DNA of 63,283 nt, the filler included, from Octopus bimaculoides (lineage: Eukaryota), in assembly GCF_001194135.2 (NCBI RefSeq). It is 6 parts of 5 records of this genome, joined end to end, with 100 filler letters (N's around TTAATTAATTAA, not from the genome) between each part and the next. Parts side by side here need not be neighbours in the genome. Positions count along the whole stretch, not along the records: positions 9,872 to 38,592 come from NC_068989.1; 5 more parts are not named here. One strand, given 5' to 3'. The notes beneath the pieces are model-generated. The model was not told where the DNA came from. It saw nothing but the letters and a program-made list of their open reading frames with translations, and ran no database searches. The number at the start of each line of letters is the position of its first letter. Position 1 is the first letter of the stretch. Positions 14,151 through 26,940 of the stretch are shown one piece after another. Both the position numbers and the translations under genes were made by a program.

Positions 14151-14692
14151 CGTTGGTAGTAGTGGTGGTTGTATTAATAGTGTTGGACTTGGTGTTGATA
14201 TTCCCCTCCCCACCAACCTTCCAGATCCGCCCTGCACTAGCAGACGTGATTATAGCCATTCCAGCCGTGACTATCCCCGAACAGTATTATGCGACGATGA
14301 TTCGGTTGCTTTTTCTAGCAGGCCTAACGACCACACTGAAGTTTTCCGCGTAAGCTCGTGATGCAGTGGTTACAGTGTTGGCGGTGTAGAAGGTGGTATT
14401 CGTGGTGATGGTGATGGTGATGGTGACGTTCGGGGCGGTGTTGGTAACGCTGAAGATGGTTTTGATGGCGTAGAGGATGGTATTGGTGGTACTGACGGTG
14501 TGGTTGATGGCGCTGAAAATGGAGCCGTTAGTGCTGTTTCTGGTCTTGGTGGTGTTGGTGGTGCGTTGAGAATGACGGTGATGTTGAACCAATTCTCACC
14601 ACCCGGTTTTGTTTCCTGCACTCATTACCCGGGTGGAGCTGAGGGTATTGCTGTTGTTGTTGGTGGTGGTATTAAGAGTATTGTTGGTGTGA

Positions 14693-15012
14693 AGGCGCGT
14701 GGCTTAGTGGTTAGGGCATTCGGCTCACGATCTTAAAGTTATGATTTCAATTCCCGGCGACGCGTTGTGTCCTTGAGCAAGACACTTTATTTCACGTTGC
14801 TCCAGTCCACTCAGCTGGCAAAAATGAGTTGTACCTGCATTTCAAAGGGGCCAGTCTTGTCACACTCTGTGTCACGCTGAGTCTCTCCGAGAACTACATT
14901 AAGGGTGCGCGTGTCTGCGGAGTGCTCAGCCACTTGCACATTAATTTCACGAGCAGGCTGTTACATCGATCGGATCAACTGGAACACTCGTCGTAGTAAC
15001 CGACGGAGGGCC
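14693..15012 (+). mobile_element. SINE family C, full length
   Basis: Same A/B-box head, CCTTGAGCAAGACACTT body and GTCGTAGTAACCGACGGAG tail as the 59433 copy. Confidence 0.85.
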
Positions 15013-15112
15013 ATGCATGTGGTCTTGGTGTGTGTAGTGACTGGATGTGGTTTTGGCTTTATTGGTTGGTGACCCCCGTCGTGAATATAGTTGTTTCATT
15101 AGCACTGTTGCT

Positions 15113-15950
15113 AAGGCGACAAGATGGCAGAATCGCTAGTACGCTGGACGAAATGCTTAGTGGTATTTCGTCTGCCGCGATGTTCTGAGTTCAAATTCCG
15201 CCGAGGTCGATTTTGCTTTTCATCCTTTCGGGGTCGATTAAATAAGTACCAGTTACGCACTGGGGTCGATATAATCGACTTAATCCCTTTGTCTGTCCTT
15301 GTTTGTCCCCTCTATGTTTAACCCCTTCTGGGCAATAAAGAAATAAGAAACGTTAGCACGCCGAGCAAAATGCTTAGCGGCATTTCGTCTGTCTTTATGT
15401 TCTGAGTTCAAATTCTGCCGAGGCCGACTTTGCTTTTTATCCTTCCGTGGTCGATAAATTAAGTACCAGTGAAACACTGGGGTCGATGTAGTCGACTAAT
15501 ACTCCACCCCCAAATTTCAGGCCTTGTGCCTATAACAGAAAGGGTTGTTATTACTGTTAACAGCTGGCAGTCGTTAGCACGCCGGGCAAAATACTTAGCG
15601 GTATTTCGTCTGTCTTTACGTTGTGAGTTCAAATTTCGCCGAAATCAACATTGCCTTTCATCCTTTCAGGGTTGATTAAATAAGTACCAGTTGTGTACTG
15701 AGGTCGATGTTATCGACTAAACTCCTCCTCCGAAACTGCTGGTCTTGTGCCACTCCGGACAAAATGCTTAGCGGCATTTTGTCCATCTTTTATGTTCTGG
15801 TTTTAAAATCTGGCGTGGCCGAGTTTTTTCTTTTATCCTTTCTGGATCGCTAAAATAAATACAGATTGAGCTCTGGGGTCGATGAAGTCGATCAGTCCCT
15901 CTCCCCACAAAATTTCAGGCCTTGTGTCTATAATAGAAAAGACTATTGCT
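15113..15950 (+). mobile_element. SINE family B, head-to-tail array of four units of about 200-230 bp
   Basis: Repeated GTTAGCACGCC...GAGTTCAAATTCCGCCGAGGTCGA...GGGGTCGATAAATAAGTACCAG...CTGGGGTCGATG. Units start near 15113, 15346, 15561 and 15753. Confidence 0.88.
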
Positions 15951-16059
15951 GGTGTTATTATTGTTTTTCGGGTGTTGGTAGGAGTGAAGACGATGAAGTC
16001 ATCCGAATAATGATGGTGGCAGCGGTGGAAGGTGAATAGTTTAAGGATTAGAGGGAGGG

Positions 16060-16440
16060 GCATAGGGTGGCGTTGAGTGACTGTGTAATGTGAAGAAGGC
16101 GAGATCTAGAGTGGTGGTGAGAGATCATGTCATGTGAAGAAGGAGATATGAAGGGTGATGGTGGGAGATGGTATAATGTGAAGAGGAAGAGATGTAGGGT
16201 TAGTGTTGGAAATGATGCAATGTGTAGGGGGAGAAACGTAGGGTTGTGGTGGGAGATGGTATAATGTAAGGGGTTGTGGTGGGAGATGGTATAATGTAAG
16301 GGGTTGTGGTGGGAGATGGTATAATGTAAAGGGGGAGAGATGTAGAATGGTGGTGGTAGTGAGAGATGGCACGTTGTGAGGAGGGAGAGATGTAGGGTGG
16401 TGTTGAAGGATGCTGTAGGGTGAGATGGAGACAGGTCAAG
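16060..16440. repeat. G-rich 30-bp minisatellite with degenerate flanks
   Basis: GGTGGGAGATGGTATAATGTAAGGGGTTGT repeated about three times plus diverged copies. Confidence 0.8.
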
Positions 16441-16578
16441 TGCTTGGAACTCGTATAAGGATTTCTGCAAATTAAATGAGAGAAAAAAACTGGGGAAATA
16501 AAAGATATTTTCTCATACGTCACAGTTTTTTTTTAGTTACGCATTGACATTTATACTGCATATACATACACTTATACA

Positions 16579-16616
<38 letters not shown>

Positions 16617-16770
16617 ACACACACACGCACACACACATACAAATGGTATATAGGCATAATGAGACTTATATCGCCACATATGCGTTCACACGCATACTCA
16701 TAAACAAATACACGCACACACAAACGCACAAACGAAATACATGAACGTACACACACACACACACACACAC

Positions 16771-16849
<79 letters not shown>

Positions 16850-17204
16850 AGAAAGAGAGAGAGAGTGAGAGATAGAAAGAGAAAATATAATGCCATATAT
16901 ACGTCCGCGTATGTTGATACTTGTTGTGTGTGTATATGTGTGTGTGTGTGTGCGTGTGTGTGTGTGCATATGTGTGTGTGTGTGTGTACGTACTAATACT
17001 GCTGAACATTGGTCAAAATAATAAATCAGAAGACAGGCGTAAAGATGGAATCTTTCGTCGGAGACGAAGTAGGAGAGTTCAGCGTTTGCCAAACGACCTG
17101 CACAGATGATTCGTTTATTGTGATCAAATATATGTGCCGCACATTAGCTCACTCTCCCTCCATCAAATCGACGTTGCCTGAACAGGTGCACAGTGTGCCA
17201 CGCG

Positions 17205-17340
17205 TCAGGTGTTGAAGTGTTCGAAGAGCAACGTGAAATGAAGCGCTTTGCTCAAGAACACAACACACTACTCAGTCTAGGAATTGAAACCACGATCTCG
17301 AGTGCAACTCCTTAACCACTAGACCATGCATTTTCACAGG
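17205..17340 (-). mobile_element. SINE family C, degenerate 5' head
   Basis: Reverse complement matches the head and CTTGAGCAAAGCGCTT...CACGTTGCT region. Confidence 0.6.
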
Positions 17341-17374
17341 CGTAATAACAACAACTATATAATAATGATAATAA

Positions 17375-18178
17375 TTCTTTCTAATTATGGCACCAGGCCT
17401 GCAACTTGGGGGGTTGGGTAGTCGATGCTATTGATCCCCCCTCCTTCCAACACTTGATTGGCACAGTTTTACTGACCCTGAAAAGATGAAAGACAAAGTT
17501 GTTCTGAAAAAGTTAAGAACCGAACGAAATACCCCTACGCATTTTGTTCGGCATTGCAACGTCCCTACCAGCTCGTTTCCTTAATAATAATAATAATAAT
17601 AATAACAATATTTTCTACAATAAGCACAAGGCCTGAGATTATGGGGAGGGGACTAGTTGAATACATCAACCTCAGTCTTCAACTGGCAGTTATTTTATCG
17701 ACCCCGATAAATATTCTGCCAGCTCGTTGCCTTAAGGATAATAATAACGGATTCAAATTTTTCGCCATGGGCAGCCATTTTTGGGAAGGGCATGTGTCGA
17801 TTAGATCGACCTTAGTACCAAACTGGTACTTAATTTATCGACCCCAAAAGGATGAAAGGCAAAGTCGACCTCGGTGGAATTTGAACTCCGAACGTGAAGA
17901 CCGCTAAGCACTTCGCTCGGTGTGCTAACGATTCTGTCAGCTCGTTTCCTTAATAATAATAATCCTTTCTACTGGAGGCACAAGGCCACAAATTTGGTGG
18001 GGAGGGGAATAATCGATTACATCGACCCAAGTGTTCCACTGGTACTTAATTTATGGACCTCGAAAAGATGAAAGGCAAAATCTACCTCGGCGGAATTTTG
18101 AACTCAGAACGTAGCGACAGGTTAAATGCCGCTGAGTACTTCGCCCAGCGTGCTAACGGTTCTGTCAGTTCATTGCCA
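17375..18178 (-). mobile_element. SINE family B, head-to-tail array of about four full or partial units separated by (TAA)n
   Basis: Reverse-complement matches at about 17375-17580, 17585-17735, 17750-17950 and 17955-18178. Confidence 0.8.
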
Positions 18179-18203
18179 TAATAATAATGATAATAATAAT
18201 AAC

Positions 18204-18259
<56 letters not shown>

Positions 18260-18271
18260 TGATAATAATAA

Positions 18272-18761
18272 TATGGAAGTGTTTTGTCTTGGTATAAAAA
18301 GATAGGCGACAGCAAATATTCTGCTTGATACCACAGATTTGCGTGTCAGTTGTTTGACCTTAACCAGTTGAGCATGTCCGTAGGTGGCTAACGATATGTG
18401 CATCTCTGATCATGAGCAGAAGTAGTGGGGGAGCATCATAACCATGTGTTGAGAGGAATTCTTTGGGGTTTCAATAATTCATCTTTGAAAACATGGGTGT
18501 TTTGCTCAACATCCTTAAACAAACCTTATTCAGGGACCTTTTGAGCGAGATGGGCTACTCAACCTGAAGAAAAATCTAACTGGGCTCCACCTACGAGGTC
18601 ATGAGCTGTTTATCTTGATATGAGATCACCATGTCGGGCACACATGCTTGTAATGCATGTGCCTGGTGTACCCTTATCAGACGGGTAGTCATGATGGGTA
18701 TACTGGGCTTCGTATATTTTACCCCAGTATCACTTTGTTGGCATGCACTGCTCTCTCGCTC
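18272..18761 (+). mobile_element. Roughly 490-bp retroposon-like repeat (family D) embedded in (TAA)n
   Basis: Collinear reverse-complement match to 27805-28275; both copies are flanked by TAA-type arrays on the same strand. Confidence 0.8.
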
Positions 18762-19094
18762 AATAATAATGATGATGATGATGATGATGATAATAATAAT
18801 AATTATAACAACAACAAAAATGAAAGCAAGAACAACAGCAGCAGCCACAGCAACAAATACAGCTACAACGTGAGCTACATCTGCTGCAGCTGAGGTAGGA
18901 GATCTCGTCAACCATTTGGTTGTATTTATAGTGAATATACAGACCATCCTTCACTATAAGGCCCGGCAGAATCGTTAGCATGGCCGAAGGGGGTCTTTAC
19001 CCTTTTACCCATATAATGGTGTTCGTCTAATTAACTACATCCCTTCTCAACGAAGAACAGAAACCGGTAGAGCAACAAAGTGCGTTGCAGTGGT

Positions 19095-19820
19095 GTCGAG
19101 CTGGAAGAATCGTTAGCATACCGGGCGAAATGCTTAGCGGTATTTCATCTGCCGTTATGTTCTGAGTTCAAATTCCGCCGAGGTCGACTTTGTCTTTCAT
19201 CCTTTCGGGGTCGATAAATTAAGTACCAGTTACGCACTGGGGTTGGTGTAATCGACTTAATCTCTTTGTCTGTCCTTGTTTGTCCCCTCTATGATTAGCC
19301 CCTTGTGGGCAATAAAGAAATAAGAATCGTTAGCACGCCAGACAAAATGCTCAGCGGCATTTCGTCTGTCTTTACGTTCTGAGTTCAAATTCTACGGAGG
19401 TCGACTTTGCCTTTCATCCCTTCGAGGTCGATTAANNNNNNNNNNNNNNNNNNNNNNNNNNNNNNNNNNNNNNNNNNNNNNNNNNNNNNNNNNNNNNNNN
19501 NNNNNNNNNNNNNNNNNNNNNNNNNNNNNNNNNNNNNNNNNNNNNNNNNNNNNNNNNNNNNNNNNNNNNNNNNNNNTTAAATAAAAACAAGTTGAGGACT
19601 GAGGTTGATGTAATCGACTTAACCACCCCCCGAACTGGCTGGGTTTGCGCGAAAATTTGAACCCAATATTTAATTATTTCTCTTCAAATCCAACCAAGAA
19701 GGACATTGCCTTTCGTCCTTCCGGTTTCGATAAAATAGAGAATCAGTCAAGTACTGGGGTCGATTGAACTGGCTAATCCTTTCCCACAGATTCATGGTCC
19801 TGTGCTAATATTAGAAATGA
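19095..19820 (+). mobile_element. SINE family B array (dimer plus partial units, interrupted by a gap)
   Basis: Same units and the same first-to-second unit junction as the 15113 array. Confidence 0.85.
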
Positions 19821-19830
19821 TTTACTGTAA

Positions 19831-19889
<59 letters not shown>

Positions 19890-20036
19890 ATTGTTGAAGT
19901 GTTGATGGCCTTATGTATAGTAACCTCTCTACACTTGTTTTTGAACTTCTGCTCACAATTGAAGATGTTTCTGTTGTAGTAGTCGTAGCTAAAGTAGTTT
20001 TATTATTATTATCATTATTATTATTATTATTATTAT

Positions 20037-20069
<33 letters not shown>

Positions 20070-20312
20070 GAAACTGAACAGCTGGGAGGAATTTCTGGTG
20101 TATCTCTTAACAATCAGAGACCCTGCCTCCTTTTATAAATTCCAATGTCATCAACAATAGGACAATAGGTGGGCGTCAGCTGGGTGGGATAAACAGTTGT
20201 CTTTTGATCTTGCCGCCATCTCCTCACAGGCTCACACATTTATCACTCCGTCTCTCTCTCTCCCTCTCTCTCTCTCTCCCTCTCTCTCTCCCCCTCNNNN
20301 NNNNNNTTCTAC

Positions 20313-20352
<40 letters not shown>

Positions 20353-21059
20353 AATGTGTATATATATATGTATATACTTATTTGTATGTATATAAGCGCA
20401 AATGTGTATACTATTTGTAAAAGTTCATTTTCTATATACACCTTCATTTCCTGTCTATATACGATTAGAGTTGTGAGTGTATGTATACACGCGCGCGCGC
20501 TCACATGTGTGTATATATATATACACACATATATATATATGAGCGTGACCATCTGTGTTTGTATATACATATGTATGTATATATGTATGTATGAGCGTGA
20601 GCATGTGTGTATGTATGTACATATGTATGTATATATATGCATGTATGAATATGCGTGCGCATACCGAAACGATAAAAAGTTAAAAAGTAACGCATGAAAT
20701 AACAAAACATAATAACAATAATATGAACTGGAAAGTAAAATATAAATATATTTAACGTTTCAGATAATAGTCGTTCGTCAGACCGAAAAGTAAAGAGAGC
20801 AAAAAGAAAAAAATGGAAAGTGGGTAAACTACGGTCCGAAGAGCCACGTCTTGCTCCAGCAAGCGCTGGTCGAAACAGACTAGAAAAGCTTTCTAGTAGG
20901 GAGAACAAAGTAGATAATGCGCAAGATGTACTTGAATGTGTATGTCTGTATGTGTATGTATGCGTGTGTGTATGTTAAGAGTGCGTGTGTGTTTATTGAG
21001 AGTGTCTATTAGAGGTAATAGTAGGTCAGAGGTGTATATGTGTACACACATACACATAC

Positions 21060-21585
21060 ACATAGGCACCTCAATATTGAATAGATGCCCCTCATTATAT
21101 CGTTCAATCTGTGCGGAAATTACCTGGTGCTTCAAAACTGCTTATGTTATTTTTCATACCAGATTACAGTAGGTTGATTTCCTTATTGCAGCAAGCCGTA
21201 CTGCGAACACCACGAGCAATAGAATTGTCTGACTTTCAAAGCGGGCGTATTCTGTGTCAGTCTGAGGGTGAACTTAGCCAGCGTATGATTGCGCCAAACC
21301 TTGAGATTCCTCATATCACAGATAACAGAGAGATTATACAATACCTGAGCAAAGAAACAGAATCAACAGCCTCTCGCTCAGGTTGATCTGCGTCCTTTGA
21401 CAAATGTCTTCGTGCAACCAAGCGGATTGTTGTAAAATAATCCCCGTTATAAGGCAGCTGATGCTGCAGGGCAATTCCAAAAGAGTCAGAATACTTTTTG
21501 AAATATACCCACCAGCCTGGCTACTGTGGTAGAGCACTTAGAAGAAACCGCTTTTTCGACCAGCAAATATCCAAAGGAGAAGCTC
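21060..21585 (+). mobile_element. Tc1 transposase 5' fragment (HTH domain), decayed
   Basis: PRAIELSDFQSGRIL..EGELSQRMIAPNLEIPH...SRSG and GYCGRALRRKPL..ANIQRR, typical of the Tc1 N-terminus. Truncated at (AT)n and a gap. Confidence 0.75.
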
Positions 21586-21940
21586 GTCGTATATATATAT
21601 ATATATATATNNNNNNNNNNNNNNNNNNNNNNNNNNNNNNNNNNNNNNNNNNNNNNNNNNNNNNNNNNNNNNNNNNNNNNNNNNNNNNNNNNNNNNNNNN
21701 NNNNNNNNNNNNNNNNNNNNNNNNNNNNNNNNNNNNNNNNNNNNNNNNNNNNNNNNNNNNNNNNNNNNNNNNNNNNNNNNNNNNNNNNNNNNNNNNNNNN
21801 NNNNNNNNNNNNNNNNNNNNNNNNNNNNNNNNNNNNNNNNNNNNNNNNNNNNNNNNNNNNNNNNNNNNNNNNNNNNNNNNNNNNNNNNNNNNNNNNNNNN
21901 NNNNNNNNNNNNNNNNNNNNNNNNNNNNNNNNNNNNNNNN

Positions 21941-21976
<36 letters not shown>

Positions 21977-22205
21977 TGTTTTTGTCCCCCCACCATCGCT
22001 TGACAACCGATGCTGGTGCGTTTACGTCCCCGTAACTTAGCGGTTCGGCAAAAAGAGACAGGATAGAATAAGTATTAGGCTTACAAAAGAATAAGTCCTG
22101 GGGTCGATTTTCTCGACTAAAGGCGGTACTCCAGCATGGCCGCAGTCAAATGACTGAAACAATGTGATTAGGAAGCAAGCTTTTTACCACACAGCCACTC
22201 TGCAC
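21941..22205 (+). mobile_element. SINE family A, 3' half followed by an inverted head fragment
   Basis: 3' domain match; TTACCACACAGCCACTC at the end is the head in reverse. Confidence 0.8.
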
Positions 22206-22362
22206 TTATATAACTCGATAATAATATTTGATATTTTACGATTTTTTAATATAATATCTTCATTGAAAACATATCTCTCCAAAGTATGATATATTAAACC
22301 AGTGTATCTTGGATAAAAAATATCCCTATAAGGGGATTAAATATCCTCATTGTGACTATATA

Positions 22363-22390
22363 CAGGGTTGGCCAAAGTCACCCGGTACTA
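22363..22390 (+). mobile_element. Solo Tc1/mariner-like TIR
   Basis: TA|CAGGGTTGGCCAAAAGTCACCCGG, similar in form to the 56932 TIR. No partner seen. Confidence 0.4.
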
Positions 22391-22597
22391 AATCAAAACC
22401 CATCTAATTCTAAGATTAAAACAAAAAATGATATTAAATGAGACATCCAGAGGATGTTGCAACCGTTACCAATATAGCATAAGAACTTACCTTAGGGGAT
22501 CATTAATTAGATTCCTTAAGGGTCGTTCTCACAGTTTATATTTATATTTCAAGGTTTTTAACTTTTAAATTTGTATATTTAAAAGAGATAGAAACTT

Positions 22598-22697
22598 CAA
22601 ACTCGATATATCCAAGATCGATTTATTTACCACTCTATGTCAACATTTCTGTGCCCAAAGAGTGGTAAATAAATCGATCTTGGATATATCGAGTTTG
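22598..22697. repeat. Perfect 39-bp stem with a 22-nt loop
   Basis: CAAACTCGATATATCCAAGATCGATTTATTTACCACTCT and its exact reverse complement. Ends at a gap. Confidence 0.85.
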
Positions 22698-23044
22698 NNN
22701 NNNNNNNNNNNNNNNNNNNNNNNNNNNNNNNNNNNNNNNNNNNNNNNNNNNNNNNNNNNNNNNNNNNNNNNNNNNNNNNNNNNNNNNNNNNNNNNNNNNN
22801 NNNNNNNNNNNNNNNNNNNNNNNNNNNNNNNNNNNNNNNNNNNNNNNNNNNNNNNNNNNNNNNNNNNNNNNNNNNNACTAGAGTGAAAGTTTTTTAATAC
22901 ATCCTAAGTATGCTATATGTATGTATGTATGTATATATGTATGTGTGATGAATGAGAAAATGACAAAAAGAGAAAATAAAAGAAAGCCCAACAAAAGGGA
23001 TATGTTCTTACAAAGGTGTTAGTAGTCTAACGCTTGAAAGAAGA

Positions 23045-23086
23045 CATCTTTGACGTTTCGGACGTAAGTTCTTCATCAGAAAAATG
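23045..23086 (-). ncRNA. Minimal type I hammerhead ribozyme motif (Penelope-associated type)
   Basis: Stem I CATTTTT/AAAGATG, core CTGATGA, stem II GAAC-TTAC-GTCC (1 mismatch), GAAA, palindromic ACGT stem III, GUC triplet. Confidence 0.65.
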
Positions 23087-23829
23087 AAAGGGAGGAAAGG
23101 TGATGGATAGGAGGGAAGGAGTAAAAGAAAGTGAAGGAAAAATGTTTAGGAGCCGAGTAGAAATGCGATTGAATGGGGAGGAGTTGGGAAGAGAGGAAGC
23201 GGCAGGTTAATGTGTGCATGTAAAGGAGGGTATCTGTTTAAGGAGCTGGGCATAGTGTGAGGTATGTGCGCGCCGCGAAGTGCAGGTGGTTAGCGAGGGG
23301 TGGCGTAAACACACACATACACACGCACACACACATGCGTACAAACACAAACACACATGCATGTATATATTTATGTGTACGTATGTGTGCATGTAATTAT
23401 GTACGTGCATTCATGTATATATATATTTATATATATGCATGAAGTGTTGTCCCTGTACTTAATGCATCTGTATAAAATTATTTGCTTCTTAGCATTCAGT
23501 TAAACTGAAATATTTCAGTGCATCTGTTTAGAATTATCATAGAAAATTGCTTTCCGTATAAAAAGACTGTCAGTTTTCATATTTGCAGAATTTCTACGTC
23601 CCACCTCGCCGGCTAGACGAGCATTTCTCTCTACCCTACGACTCTCCTCCCCCACTCTCTCTCTCTCTCTCTCTATCTATCTATTTATCTACCTATGTTG
23701 CTAGCTGATTTACTGAATTCATTTAACCATAAAATTATTTTAATTTAGCAATTACCTCGCGGAAGAACCATTCCCACCGTTTAATTAGAAAAAACGAACA
23801 AAAGTACTGAAATCCTTTTAACATATTAC

Positions 23830-23915
23830 AACATGGTGTCAAACTTTTCGTCGCTCCACTGGGACCTGATCACTGACGCAGTTCCTTCCATCTGTGGCAA
23901 AGCATCAGTGATCGG
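23830..23915 (+). repeat. Short repeat with a hAT-like terminus, shared with 42125-42195 (inverted)
   Basis: CATGGTGTCAAACTTTTCGTCGCTCC matches the reverse complement of GAGCGACGAAAATTTTGACACCAAG at about 42170-42195. Confidence 0.5.
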
Positions 23916-23944
23916 GTTACAGTTGTACTCAATACATGCACATA

Positions 23945-24164
23945 CGACGGGGTGCTGAAAAGTTCCCGGCTTTTGGCAAAAAGATAAAATACAGGAGGAT
24001 CGGTTAATTATGATTTTATTCAACGTATTTCCTTCTCAGAATCACACACTTATTGCAGTGATCCTTCTGGTTTTCTAAGCCCAATACAAGAACTCGGAAT
24101 GTTGGGCCTCTAGGCAGGTCTTTCGCGATACCCTTAAATCCAGGAACTTTTCAACACCCTCTCG
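23945..24164. mobile_element. mariner-type MITE (220 bp)
   Basis: TA|CGACGGGGTGCTGAAAAGTTCCCGG ... CCAGGAACTTTTCAACACCCTCTCG|TA. Confidence 0.82.
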
Positions 24165-24202
24165 TACATGCTAACATTTAGAAAGTATTAGTAAACATAC
24201 AT

Positions 24203-24369
24203 AGGTGCAGGAGTGGCTGTGTGGAAAGAAGCTTGCTTCCCAACCATACGGTTCCAGGTTCAGTCCCACTGCGTGGAACCTTGGGCAAGTGTCTTCTACT
24301 ATAGCCTCGGGCTGACCAAAGCCTTGTGAGTGGATTTGGTAGACGGAAACTGAAAGAAGCCCGTCGTAG
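24203..24369 (+). mobile_element. SINE family A, 5' half
   Basis: GCAGGAGTGGCTGTGTGG...GAAAGAAGCCCGTCGTA. Confidence 0.85.
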
Positions 24370-25391
24370 ACATACATAAAAAAAAGAGAATCTTTTCTCT
24401 CAAATGTAAAGATGATCGTGTTTTTAACTGGAAGAGAGTCGTACATCATGAGTTAATTACACGTGGTCAGACGATCGACAAGGGTTTTTAATTGGATGTC
24501 TGAAAGCGTTTGAGAGAGGCTGTTCGAAAGATATGCTTTGAGGCAAGACCAAAGAAAACCTCAACACTTCGCTGCGACATTGCACTTGCTAAAACATCGT
24601 ACATTATCCGTAACGTTTTGACAAAGACACGATTCTTGTCTGCTAGCTAATCTGATATTCCGGATTTGCAAGCAGACTGGGTTTATTTTTCTTTAATTTC
24701 TAGGCTTGAAATCCGCTCTGAAATATCAATAGAAGAACTGCGCAGTACAGCTGCTAATGCGTCCCTGGCCACGTTTTAAAAATCTTTGTGAGTGATGTAG
24801 CAACGGTGAAGAGAAATACAAGCATAACTCAACTTACATTGTTTCGAGCTACGTCAATTCGACTTTACGTCTTTTTTTTTTCCTAAAAAAAGTAATGGAA
24901 GAAAGAAACCTCAAATTCAGCGGATTTATTTGACTTTGCATCGGTTTCAACTAACAAATTTAAAAGCGAATAAATTTGAAAAGAATACAACTAAAAACAA
25001 ATGCTTCAGTGGAAAATCAATTAAAATACATGTGAAAATATGTTCAAACCAATTATTAAAACCGATATAAGGTAATAAATTTCTTTAAAATGTTTCTTCC
25101 ATGTTATGTCGCATGACTTGGAAAACTCGTCAACGTAAATTGCAGTGCGCCAGTGTTTGGTTAGACATAAATCTGGGTGAGTTAGAAGAAAATAAATAAA
25201 TTTATTTTTATGAAAGTGTAGTTTCCTTTTAGGCAGACTGCTTGTACATTAAATATCTCATATATTCACATATCCTCAGATTTATCCAAAAAGCCAAATA
25301 AAATAAAAATAAATTTTGAAAACATTGTCATTTTGTTTATGACTGGGTTGTTTACAACGGATTTCGAAGAAAAAAAACCCATTCCTATACA

Positions 25392-25425
<34 letters not shown>

Positions 25426-25854
25426 CATGCATACATACGTTCATACAAACATGCATGCATATATATATATATATACCTACATGCACATAAACGCTGACAT
25501 AAGCACACGCACGTGATCATATATTCGTATAGATGCACATATGTCATACACATTTAACAATATATATGTATATACATATATATGTACACACATATGTGTG
25601 TGCGTGTGTGTGTGTGTATAGCCTAGCCAGTTAGCTAAATAAATAGACTGATACATACGTACCTATATTTATACAAGCGTCTAACTTTACATACACACAT
25701 ACACACTTATATACACACAGAGATACAGTCGCGCACTTAGACATACACACAGACATATGTTTACAAATATACGTACAGAGAGATGAATGGGTATATAAAT
25801 ACATGCGTATGTACGTCTATACACATACACCGACACAGACATACACATGTCTGT

Positions 25855-25893
<39 letters not shown>

Positions 25894-26453
25894 AATATAT
25901 ACATATACATAGACACACATATGTATTCACACACAGTTACAAACATTCCGACAGTTACATTCATACGCACAAATATACATACATGCAAACACATACGGGC
26001 ATACATACATACATACATACATACATACATACATACATACAAGCATGCATGCATACATATGAAAACACAGATACGAGAAGAACTATTAAAAATTCGTTAA
26101 ACGTCTGTCTAACTTCTGTATTGGAATTATTATCCCCGAAGCGTGAGAGACTATGTTGGCAAACAACAAGTTTATTGACCGTAACCAAAACACTTCTCCT
26201 ACACCACCCGCCATCCTAATTTTAACAAATGTGCAAGCTTACAACTATGGAGACACATTCATTTTTGTAAGCGTATAACTTATGCAGAAATGTAGGAAAG
26301 TACGTATTTGTTTTGAAGACACATAAATACTTACATGTATACATATATACGAACATATATATGTGTGTGTGTGTGTATGTGTGTATAGATATGGGTGTAT
26401 GTTTGTGTATATGTCTGTACGTATTTACGTTTGTTCAAATCACAATCTATCTA

Positions 26454-26499
<46 letters not shown>

Positions 26500-26540
26500 A
26501 TTCTATCCATCCATCCGTCCGTCCGTCCGTCCGTCCGCCC

Positions 26541-26620
<80 letters not shown>

Positions 26621-26674
26621 GCTTGTCTGTCTGTCACTGTGACTATCTATCATCTATTATTATTATTATCATTA

Positions 26675-26795
26675 TCGACTTTGCCTCTCATCCTTTCGGG
26701 GGGTCGATAAATTAAATACCAGTTGAGTACTGGGGTTGATGTAATCGACTATAACCCTCCCCACAAATTTCAAGCTTTGTTCCTATAGTAGCAAG
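26675..26795 (+). mobile_element. SINE family B, 3' part
   Basis: GACTTTGCCTCTCATCCTTTCGGGGGTCGATAAATTAAATACCAG. Confidence 0.75.
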
Positions 26796-26866
26796 GTGCT
26801 TTCTTCTTCTTCTTCTTCTTCTTCTTCTTCTTCTTCTTCTTCTTCTTCTTCTTCTTCTTCTTCTTC

Positions 26867-26933
<67 letters not shown>

Positions 26934-26940
26934 GTTATTA

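Noticed and set aside
15113-15950. CRISPR-like or satellite array
   Set aside because: Units are about 210-bp SINE monomers with no short repeat plus unique spacer structure, and the context is eukaryotic.
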